NCBI GenBank assembly: GCA_023898625.1
Contig: CP060231.1
Coordinates: 148,258-212,257, forward strand
Source: Candidatus Nomurabacteria bacterium
GTDB lineage: Bacteria > Patescibacteriota > Saccharimonadia > Saccharimonadales > JAGQNJ01
DNA length: 64,000 nt
Reading direction: 5' to 3'
Part shown: one piece after another, positions 31,379-43,138 of the stretch
Layout: every line of letters starts with the position of its first letter
How positions within the stretch are numbered: the first letter of the stretch is position 1
Notes under the pieces: generated by a model
Database searches by the model: none
Seen by the model: the letters and a program-made list of their open reading frames with translations, nothing else
Told to the model about the DNA's origin: nothing
Position numbers and translations under genes: made by a program

Positions 31379-31505
31379 AATCTCTATGACTAGCTTTATT
31401 ACCGAAATTTATTTATCGTATAATAATATAGTATCACGCTCAAGCTAAAATAGTCACTACTATTGTTTTAGTGGTCAAATTGATGTAAAATTACTCGAGT
31501 AATTT

Positions 31506-31582
31506 GGGGCGTTAGCTCAGTTGGCTAGAGCACCTGCTTTGCAAGCAGGGGGTCCGGGGTTCGAGTCCCCGACGCTCCACCA
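31506..31582 (+). tRNA. tRNA-Ala (anticodon UGC), CCA encoded
   Basis: GGGGCGTTAGCTCAGTTGGCTAGAGCACCTGCTTTGCAAGCAGGGGGTCCGGGGTTCGAGTCCCCGACGCTCCACCA. Cloverleaf folds, with the G3:U70 Ala identity pair. Confidence 0.95.
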
Positions 31583-31601
31583 AATTACTATTTATGATTT
31601 A

Positions 31602-31678
31602 GGGCGATTAGCTCAGCTGGTTAGAGCGCGTCACTGATAATGACGAGGTCGGAGGTTCAAGTCCCTCATCGCCCACCA
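31602..31678 (+). tRNA. tRNA-Ile (anticodon GAU), CCA encoded
   Basis: GGGCGATTAGCTCAGCTGGTTAGAGCGCGTCACTGATAATGACGAGGTCGGAGGTTCAAGTCCCTCATCGCCCACCA. Cloverleaf folds with one A-C mismatch in the T stem. Confidence 0.92.
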
Positions 31679-31687
31679 TTTAAAGAA

Positions 31688-31708
31688 GCCACCCTAGGGT
31701 GGTTTTTT
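31688..31708 (+). terminator. Rho-independent terminator after tRNA-Ile
   Basis: GCCACC-CTAG-GGTGGT hairpin followed by TTTTTT. Confidence 0.7.
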
Positions 31709-31710
31709 AA

Positions 31711-31862
31711 ATGGTCGGTGCTGTGGCTTGAATATTCGACACTTGAGGTCGGAGGGGAGAACTGCCTGTGGCAGTTTGGACGGCAATCTTCTCTTGAAAA
31801 CTTGTTTTCAAAGATGAAGTTGTGGGGTCGCCAGAGGTGACCGAGTCCCTCATCGCCCACCA
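31711..31862 (+). ncRNA. tRNA-Ile-derived pseudo-tRNA carrying a conserved ~95-nt three-hairpin module (copy 1)
   Basis: GAGGTCGGAGG (identical to the tRNA-Ile variable/T-stem region), then the module, then GTCCCTCATCGCCCACCA (identical to the tRNA-Ile 3' end). The module aligns with the reverse complement of 54569-54700. A plus-strand terminator follows at 31885-31908. Confidence 0.45.
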
Positions 31863-31884
31863 TCAAATGGATTTTTTAAGAATT

Positions 31885-31908
31885 GTCGCTTTCACGAGCG
31901 ATTTTTTT
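31885..31908 (+). terminator. Rho-independent terminator downstream of the tRNA-like element
   Basis: GTCGCT-TTCACG-AGCGAT hairpin followed by TTTTTTT. Confidence 0.6.
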
Positions 31909-31947
31909 CTTTTGAATTTAGAAGTAGCCTGATCGGGTCACCTAGAC

Positions 31948-33045
31948 TTACAGCCCAAAGCATTCCATTGACTGTGCCAAATGGGTTTTGCCAGTTTCAA
32001 TTTTCTCACGCATAAAGTCGGTAGGTTCCCAAGAATAACGACGCAAACGCAGTGTCATTTTTGACACAACATAGCGCAAGCGCAGTAACTCAAACTTGTC
32101 ATCAAAGTCGTTAGACTTTTGGACAACCGAAAAATAACCGTCCAAGAAACCTTTTAGACGCTCAGGTTCAAAAAAGGTACTCCAACAAGCAATGTCACTC
32201 TCTGGTATTCCGCCAACACACTCGTCCCAATCCAAAATACCCGTAATACCCTGCCCATCAGTCAATAAGTTCCAGTCAGCAAAATCATTGTGTACCAAAA
32301 TCGCTTCGTTCGAGTCTAGTAAAGGATTGCTATCAAATAATTTTGCTATTGCTTCGGCTTGTTGCTCGGTCAATATGCCGTATTGCTTCAATACATCAAT
32401 ATTAAATGGCAAACCTGCGCGGACGGCTTCGCCAAAAGTCTGGTGTAAACCAACCAATTCGCCATTTTTGGCTTTTTCATTATCAAATGCACCAAAACCA
32501 CTAACTTTTATTTGATGTAGTCGTGCCATCTCCTTGCCAATTTCTGGCAATAGTTTGGCCTCGTCGTCAGGATGTGTTTCCAACCATTTTTTAATTGCGT
32601 ACCCAGGCAATTTATCTATCACTTGAAAAGCAAAATCATCTCCGCCTTCATAATCGTGAATAGCGAGCGTGTCATAACTAGGCGAACCTGCTTCTTTGGC
32701 TTTTCGTGCGGCGACCGCTTCGGCATGGAAGTAGCCGTTTTTGACACCTCTAGGGTGGCAACGGATCACTACTTCTTTGCCAGTCGCCAAGCGACCAACT
32801 CGCACAGAATTTACATTGCCCAGATTTGTTTGTGCATCTAGGTCTAGTGGTTCAATATCGGTCAAACCGTCACGCCCGAGCACTCCATTTACTTTATTGA
32901 GCAGTTCATCATCTGTAAAATATCGATGACGGTCTGCCCAGATATGTCCAGCCTGTTCAGGCTCAATAGCTCGGTCAGTCTGCCAGTAAAAGACATCGTG
33001 CCTGTCGGCAATTTGGGCGTTTATTTTATCCATATCAAGATTCAT
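31948..33045 (-). CDS. Aminoglycoside/choline-kinase-type phosphotransferase (APH family) protein
   Basis: 365-aa ORF. The catalytic loop LVHNDFADWNLL and GILDWDE are the Brenner / DxD motifs of APH-like kinases. GC looks higher than neighbouring genes. Confidence 0.75.
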   Translation of the reverse strand: MNLDMDKINAQIADRHDVFYWQTDRAIEPEQAGHIWADRHRYFTDDELLNKVNGVLGRDGLTDIEPLDLDAQTNLGNVNSVRVGRLATGKEVVIRCHPRGVKNGYFHAEAVAARKAKEAGSPSYDTLAIHDYEGGDDFAFQVIDKLPGYAIKKWLETHPDDEAKLLPEIGKEMARLHQIKVSGFGAFDNEKAKNGELVGLHQTFGEAVRAGLPFNIDVLKQYGILTEQQAEAIAKLFDSNPLLDSNEAILVHNDFADWNLLTDGQGITGILDWDECVGGIPESDIACWSTFFEPERLKGFLDGYFSVVQKSNDFDDKFELLRLRYVVSKMTLRLRRYSWEPTDFMREKIETGKTHLAQSMECFGL

Positions 33046-33054
33046 ATTTACAAC

Positions 33055-33855
33055 TCATTTCAAAGTAAACCCGCCGTCAACAGCAAGAATTTGCCCAGTT
33101 ATAAAAGAAGCATCGTCTGATAGTAGAAAAGCAACAGCGGAAGCTATTTCTTCGGGCTTTCCCATGCGTTTAATGATAGAAAGGTCTGTTGTCCAGCTAG
33201 GGTCTTCGCCTGTGCTTTTGGTCAGGGGAGTATCGACCAAACCGGGGGCAACCGCATTGACACGAACAAGCGGCTCATTGTACTTGCGAGCAAACGATTT
33301 TGTAAGTGAGATAATACCCGCTTTGGTAGACGAGTAAATTACTCCGTAAGGCTCGCCAATTATGCCGTCAACTGATGTTAGCGCAACAATAGCACCGTCT
33401 TTAGATGTTTCTTTGATTAGCGCACCAAGTAGCTTTAAGGTGCTGAAAGTACCTTTCAGATTTACATCTATAGTGCGACTTATATTTTCGTCTGTAATGT
33501 CGTCAATTCCAGCGGGGAGTGGTAGTACCCCCGCATTTGCTACAAGCAAATCAAGATGACCAAACTCATCTTTTATATGTTGCCTCACTCGTTCCAGCTC
33601 AGCTTTATTGGAGATGTCGGCAGCAACGAAGCGGACTCTTGCTAAGTCATTAAATTGCTCCAAAACCGATTTATCTGATTCACTTGGCGAATTCAGAATT
33701 ACGGTAGCACCGTCATTAAAAAGTCTGTGTGCTATCGCTAAGCCGATGCCTTGTGTTGAACCTGTTACTAACGCTACTTTATTTAGAAAACTCACATCCC
33801 AATTATAACACATTTCAACCCTGTTATAATTCACAAACATAATCATGAGAGCCAT
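33055..33855 (-). CDS. Short-chain dehydrogenase/reductase (FabG-like SDR)
   Basis: VALVTGSTQGIGLAIA (TGxxxGxG), NAG and the YSSTKAG catalytic motif. The true start is probably the internal Met near 33813. Confidence 0.85.
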   Translation of the reverse strand: MALMIMFVNYNRVEMCYNWDVSFLNKVALVTGSTQGIGLAIAHRLFNDGATVILNSPSESDKSVLEQFNDLARVRFVAADISNKAELERVRQHIKDEFGHLDLLVANAGVLPLPAGIDDITDENISRTIDVNLKGTFSTLKLLGALIKETSKDGAIVALTSVDGIIGEPYGVIYSSTKAGIISLTKSFARKYNEPLVRVNAVAPGLVDTPLTKSTGEDPSWTTDLSIIKRMGKPEEIASAVAFLLSDDASFITGQILAVDGGFTLK

Positions 33856-34231
33856 CTACAAAATAATCAACCTCAGAAAACCATCTATAACTAAAAGGAA
33901 TTCGGCGAAAAAGGATCTAAAAGATACAAAAAAGACTTATTCAGAAAGGCTTGTGTTTTTTTAGTTATTCTACATATTGAATTTGTACAACGTTATAAAA
34001 TCTACCAAATCCTCATAATAATCTGTCTGAATACCTTTAACTTTAAGAATACTTGATTTTAAAAAAGAGCCCTCTCGCAAATGGGCTCTTTTTAGTTATT
34101 TAAAAACTGGGTAGTGCAATTATCAACGCAAGATCTGGTTAGCACTGCGGATCGTCCTGCTTGCAGGAAAATACATTGTCAGTACTGATCACAATGTATC
34201 GATATCGACCTAGCTATCACGCTTCGCTAAT

Positions 34232-34295
34232 GAAACAAACCTACGGTTTTTCTCATCACGCCGGCAAAATGGTTCACATTTTGTCGGGTTGCTCT
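34232..34295 (-). repeat. Two-hairpin module, copy in the 16S 3' trailer
   Basis: Plus strand GAAACAAACCTACGGTTTTTCTCATCACGCCGGCAAAATGGTTCACATTTTGTCGGGTTGCTC aligns with 29513-29578. Both hairpins are retained with compensatory changes. Confidence 0.7.
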
Positions 34296-34338
34296 TTCCC
34301 CTTTTAAAAGGAACAAAACGGATGCTAGAAACTCCCTA

Positions 34339-35837
<1,499 letters not shown>

Positions 35838-35925
35838 AATTTGAAGCAAATCACTGACTTAAAATGAACCTAAAATAAACGCTGACGGCGACGCCGTACT
35901 ACGATTACCATGCCTTCGACATGAG

Positions 35926-35963
35926 GTTCATCCTGAGCCAGGATCAAACTCTCCAAAAAAATT
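35926..35963 (-). repeat. Perfect 38-nt duplicate of the 16S 5' terminus, located in the leader
   Basis: GTTCATCCTGAGCCAGGATCAAACTCTCCAAAAAAATT occurs at 35804-35841 (the true 5' end) and again at 35926-35963. Confidence 0.95.
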
Positions 35964-36171
35964 CATAAATTAATATGAGAATTGACCTGATACTGTTTTA
36001 TTAAAGTAAAACATTCAGTCAAAATGAACTGACGTTGATAATACAATCCACGAGATTAAAAATCTATGAATTATATCGTGTCCCCATAAGGGGACAAAAA
36101 TTGCACTACTCAACTTTTAAAGTTCGTTTTTTAAAGACACTATAATACAAGAATCCTCAAAAGCTCGTATA

Positions 36172-36200
36172 ATCTTATCCGTTAAATGAATCTATGTCAA
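36172..36200 (-). promoter_or_regulatory. Sigma-70-like promoter candidate for the 16S gene
   Basis: Minus strand TTGACA (36200-36195), 17-nt spacer, TAAGAT (36177-36172), upstream of the 16S processing stem. Confidence 0.45.
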
Positions 36201-36273
36201 GATAATATATACATATTTTGATGTGATTTAATCTACGTTATTATTTATGCAAGATCTATTTCTTTGATTAATC

Positions 36274-38774
36274 TTATTCGGACTGCTTATCATCTTCAGG
36301 CTTATCAACCAAAGCTAGCGAGGCGACAGTGTCACCGTCATTTAAGCGCATAATGCGCACGCCCTGTGTAGCGCGACCAAGTTGAGGAATATCCTTTAGG
36401 CCCAAGCGTATGGTCTGTCCTTGAATCGATATGATAATCACCTCTTTCTCTCCATTTGTTAGAGACTTAACCCCCATTAGATCACCGGTCTTGGTATTTA
36501 CTACCGCCGAGCGAATCCCAACGCCACCTCTTGCGTGTGCAGTAAACTGATCAACTTTAGTACGCTTTCCATAACCCTGTTCGCTGATAACAAAAATACT
36601 ACTTCCCTCTTCAACAATATCCATGCCAATAACCTGATCATTAGTTCTTAATCTAATTCCTCTGACTCCCCTGGCTGTTCTTCCCATTGGACGAACATCT
36701 TTTTCGTCAAATCTAATAGCCTGCCCTTTAGAAGTAGATATTAAAACTTCGTTGCTACCGTTGGTCATCTTAACCCACTTAAGTTCATCTCCGTCATCCA
36801 GATTGATAGCAATAAGTCCGGTACTTCTGACATTCTTGTATTGCTCGAAAGGAGTCTTCTTAACAACACCCTTGATTGTACACATAAATAAATTACCAAC
36901 ATTATTTGTTTTCGAAATATTTATTACTGAGCTAACTTTTTCTTCGGGCTGAAGTTGTAACAGATTTACAATTGCTACGCCTTTAGCAGTAAGGCTAGCA
37001 GAAGGAACTTCATATGTTTTTATTCTAAACACTCTACCCTTATTTGTGAAGAATAGTAAGTAATCGTGTGTTGAGGCATTAACAACGTGTTCAATCACAT
37101 CTTCTTCTCGTGTTGTCATGCCGCGCCGACCTTTACCGCCACGCCCTTGCCTCTTGTATTCACCTACTTGGCTTCGTTTGATATAGTTCGCTGATGTTAG
37201 GGTTACTACAACTTGTTCATCAGGAACAAGATCTTCGTCACTCATTTTTCCTAATTCTTGGGGTACAATTTTTGTTCGTCTTACATCACCAAATTGTTTT
37301 TTGATTTCTTTAAGTTCGTCCTTAATAATCTTCAGGATTCTCTTTTCATCTGCCAAAATAGCCTCAAGTTCAGCAATTAATTTCAATAGTTCCGCTAACT
37401 CATCTTCGATTTTCTTTCTTTCCAAACCTGCTAATGTTCGAAGTTGCATAGCTAATATCGCCTTAGCTTGAATCTCGCTAAGATTAAATTTTGCCATTAG
37501 ATTTATTTGGGCTTCATCGGTAGTTTGACTAGCACGAATAATAGCTATGACTTCGTCTATATTATCAAGTGCGATTTTAAGTCCTTCTAATATGTGGGCG
37601 CGTTCTTTAGCCTTCTTTAGTTCAATCTCGGTTCTTCTACGAACAACTGATTGACGATGTTTGATATATTCACTCAATATATCTTGCAATCCCAAAACTC
37701 TTGGCTGTATTCCATCAATCAGGGCCAACATATTATAATGAAAACTACTCTGCAAAGGTGTAAGCTTATAAAGCTGATTCAAGATCTTCTTAGGATAAGC
37801 ATCTTTCTTGAGATCGATAACGAAATTCTGACCGTTCCTCTAGCGCTTTCATCACGAAGATCAGCAATACCAACTATCTTCTTCTCTTTAACCAGATCAG
37901 CAATCTTTTCTATTAAACTTGCCTTATTTGAAGGCGTATGGTATTTCAGAAATGACGATAGAATGCCTACCCTTCTTATTTTCGACAATATCAGCGAGCA
38001 GCACGTATAACAATTCCACCTCTTCCAGAAGAATATGCTGACCTGATGGATTCTTTTCCAAAACTATACCACCTGGGAAAGTCTGGACCCTTGACATAAT
38101 TCCAACAGATCATCTGTTGTGGATTCTGGGTGATCAATCAAGTGCGTAGTTGCATCAACTAATTCGCCAAGATTATGGGGTGGAATATTTGTTGCCATAC
38201 CAACTGCAATACCCATCTGACCATTAAGTAATAGGTTTGGTAACTTTGCCGGCAAAACTGTAGGCTCTTTTCTTGTTCCATCGTAGTTATCCCGAAAATC
38301 AACGGTTTCCTTTTCAATATCATCAAGCAAAGCTTCTGCAGACTTAGCCATCTTAGCCTCTGTATATCTATGAGCGGCTGGCGGATCACCATCCATAGAG
38401 CCAAAGTTACCCTGACCTTGTACTAATTCATATCGCATTGACCAATCTTGAGCCATACGTACCATAGAATCATAAATCGCACCGTCGCCATGTGGGTGAT
38501 ACTTACCCATAACTTCACCGACAATTTGAGCGCTCTTTACGGTCTTGCCACCCGAACGAATACCCATTCTGTCCATTACGTAAAGAATACGCCTATGTAC
38601 CGGTTTCAAGCCATCTCTAACATCAGGTAATGCCCTGGCAATGATCACGCTCATTGAGTACCTTAAGTAACTGTCTTCCATTACATTCTCAACAGTACGA
38701 TTTTCTATCATACGTGAATGATTCTGTTCTTGCACAACAGCTATTTCTTCTTGATTATCTATATCTTTATTCAT
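36274..38774 (-). pseudogene. gyrA: DNA gyrase subunit A with its reading frame broken by at least 4 frameshifts between ~37.82 and ~38.10 kb
   Basis: Three track ORFs are pieces of one GyrA: 38064..38774 (N-terminus with RRILY..., HPHGD and [10 protein letters not shown] catalytic Tyr), 37779..37988 (...[31 protein letters not shown]...) and 36274..37782 (C-terminal beta-pinwheel). My manual translation recovers [26 protein letters not shown] and [10 protein letters not shown] only by switching frames. Confidence 0.85.
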
Positions 38775-38777
38775 AAT

Positions 38778-40760
<1,983 letters not shown>

Positions 40761-40906
40761 TTAAAATATACATCTATAAATCATCCCTCATCTTTTTGAT
40801 ACTCTATATTGTATCTGAAAATGTGGTGTTAGACAAATAATAACCTTGTAAGCATTAGTGCTTATGTGTTTAAATAAGTCTGGTTATTAAATAAATACAA
40901 AATAAA

Positions 40907-42565
40907 ATGTTCAAAAAACTCCTTTCAAACTTGCCATTTAATCCAAGCTTAATCACAGAAGTATCCTTTTATGCAAAAAGATTAAATAGAGAGTCCAGTA
41001 TACGTAGGATTGGATTTGTATTTGTCGCGTTGACGCTAGTAGTTCAGGTTTTTGCTGTCATATCCCCCGCAGAAGCCAGTAATCAGTGTAGTAGTAATGA
41101 CATTATACGGTGTGGATTTAAATCAAAATCTGAGGCAGTACAAAGGTGTAACAATAACACTCAAGGATTTCGAACAATCGTTGAACACTACGGAATAAAT
41201 TGCACTACTCTGGCGAACTCTGGGGTTCAAACTATAAATTCTCGCGCCTATAATAATCAGCTTTATTCAATGGGTCGTAACCCTTATCAAAAACCCGGAG
41301 AATACCCAGTCAACATACAAGGAGCCGGAACATTTTACTTGAGACCACTATCGAGTTGGGGCAATACATCATATAAGATGCTCGTAACGAAAACCCCAGA
41401 TGGTATGCCATTCATGGTTATGTATGATTGTGGAAATATCGTTATACAAAATGGCTATAAACCACCCGCACCTAAACCTGAACCTCCAGCTGTATTAAAA
41501 GTTGCTAAAGTGAATGAACCTACCGGCAGCGTAAAGCCTGGCGATACAATTAAGTACACAATTGCCTTCTCTAACACTGGAGGCACAGCGGCATTCTTCT
41601 CAGTAAATGATAGATTAGATCCTGAGCTTGAGTATGTTAGCTCACAATATAATGGGTGGATATTTACCAATAACGGCCAAAGCCTTAAATGGTCAAATAA
41701 TACACCTCCATTCTATACTTTCGGAAATACCGATGTATTTGGTACACCTGGATTCATAACAATCACCGCCAAAGTAAGAGAAGGTACACCATCGGGTAAA
41801 AGTGTATGTAATACGGCCTGGCTAGAAGATGTAGATATTCCAACCAAACAAGTAAGAAAAACAAACGAATCAACAGTATGTAATAAAATTATTGTTGATT
41901 GCCCACCAAATACGATAGCTCAACCCAATGGCGATTGCAAAACTCCTCCACCTGTTAAAACAGAGGATAAAAAACCAATACTAGCAATTGAAAAGAAAGC
42001 TAAAAACGTAACAAAGAACATTGATGATGCAAACGGCACAACCGCATCTGCTGGTGATATTATCGAATACTCACTAACGACTAAAAATTATGGTGATGGC
42101 GAGTCAAAAGACACTATTCTTAAGCAAGAAGAATTGGCTGATGTGTTGGAATATGCAGATCTAGACTTCAACTCGCTTGACGGCGCTGTTTTTGATCAAG
42201 ACACTCAAACCTTAGCATGGAATAAGCCTATATCTATTAAGCCGGACCAATCAGTTACTAAGACTTTTAGGGTGAAAATAAAAAACCCTGTACCACAAAC
42301 CCCTACACCGTCAGGAAATCCAGGATCATTTGACTTATTGCTTACAAACGTCTACGGAAACACCATACAGATCAAACTCCCGGGTGGTGTACCAAAACAA
42401 ACCGAAAAAGTCATTACCCAGACACTACCTAATACTGGACCGGGCGAGGCACTAATTATTGGCGGGATATTGACTACTTTCGTAGGTTACTTCTTTACCC
42501 GAACACGACTTATGGCTAAAGAATTAGAATTAGTAAAACAAGAATACTCTTCAGGAGGCCAGTAG
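40907..42565 (+). CDS. Cell-surface protein with DUF11-type repeat domains and an LPXTG sortase anchor
   Basis: 552-aa ORF with N-terminal signal/TM. Two segments fit the conserved-repeat-domain pattern (GDTIKYTIAFSNTGG; GDIIEYSLTTKNYG). C-terminal LPNTG, a hydrophobic helix, then RTR. Confidence 0.75.
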   Translation: MFKKLLSNLPFNPSLITEVSFYAKRLNRESSIRRIGFVFVALTLVVQVFAVISPAEASNQCSSNDIIRCGFKSKSEAVQRCNNNTQGFRTIVEHYGINCTTLANSGVQTINSRAYNNQLYSMGRNPYQKPGEYPVNIQGAGTFYLRPLSSWGNTSYKMLVTKTPDGMPFMVMYDCGNIVIQNGYKPPAPKPEPPAVLKVAKVNEPTGSVKPGDTIKYTIAFSNTGGTAAFFSVNDRLDPELEYVSSQYNGWIFTNNGQSLKWSNNTPPFYTFGNTDVFGTPGFITITAKVREGTPSGKSVCNTAWLEDVDIPTKQVRKTNESTVCNKIIVDCPPNTIAQPNGDCKTPPPVKTEDKKPILAIEKKAKNVTKNIDDANGTTASAGDIIEYSLTTKNYGDGESKDTILKQEELADVLEYADLDFNSLDGAVFDQDTQTLAWNKPISIKPDQSVTKTFRVKIKNPVPQTPTPSGNPGSFDLLLTNVYGNTIQIKLPGGVPKQTEKVITQTLPNTGPGEALIIGGILTTFVGYFFTRTRLMAKELELVKQEYSSGGQ

Positions 42566-42571
42566 TATACT

Positions 42572-43138
42572 ATGAGTGAAAAATTACATAACCAATCACA
42601 AGAACATATTAAGTCTCACGAGGCTCATAGCAGTGACCATGAAAAAAAACACCTAAAAGATTTGCACGAGAAAGCAAAGAACGCTCATGAAATATCTCAA
42701 GATTCTATTGACGCCATAAAAGACAGTATCGATAGAACGGCCCTAAAAAGTGAAGATTACCAGTTAGCAGAAAAGGAAACAAAACAACCACACTCAGTAA
42801 CAATAACTAAACATATTAAGCATGATGCCTATAAAAAAGTTCTTAGAAAAACTCAAAAACAACTAAGCACCACTGACAGGGCTTTCAGTAAAATTATTCA
42901 TCGTCCAGCTATCGAAAAAGCTAGTGATATCGGCTCAAAAACTGTAGCAAGACCTAGTGGCATATTATTTGGAGGAGTTGGAGCATTTATTGGTAGTTTA
43001 GTTGTCTTCATTATCAGTAAACGAAGTGGATTCACCTACAACTATATACTTTTTGTGCTGATTTTCATCTGCGGATACATGATGGGTTTATTGATAGAAT
43101 TGGTCTACAGATTGCTGACTATCAAAAAGAATAATTAA
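42572..43138 (+). CDS. Hypothetical membrane protein (charged His/Lys-rich N-terminus, two C-terminal TM helices)
   Basis: 188-aa ORF starting 6 nt after the LPXTG gene. The hydrophobic segments are GILFGGVGAFIGSLVVFII and YILFVLIFICGYMMGLLIELV. Confidence 0.5.
   Translation: MSEKLHNQSQEHIKSHEAHSSDHEKKHLKDLHEKAKNAHEISQDSIDAIKDSIDRTALKSEDYQLAEKETKQPHSVTITKHIKHDAYKKVLRKTQKQLSTTDRAFSKIIHRPAIEKASDIGSKTVARPSGILFGGVGAFIGSLVVFIISKRSGFTYNYILFVLIFICGYMMGLLIELVYRLLTIKKNN

Noticed and set aside
31640-31866. Two overlapping 66-aa ORFs on opposite strands.
   Set aside because: They overlap tRNA-Ile, its terminator and the tRNA-like structured element. There is no coding signal.
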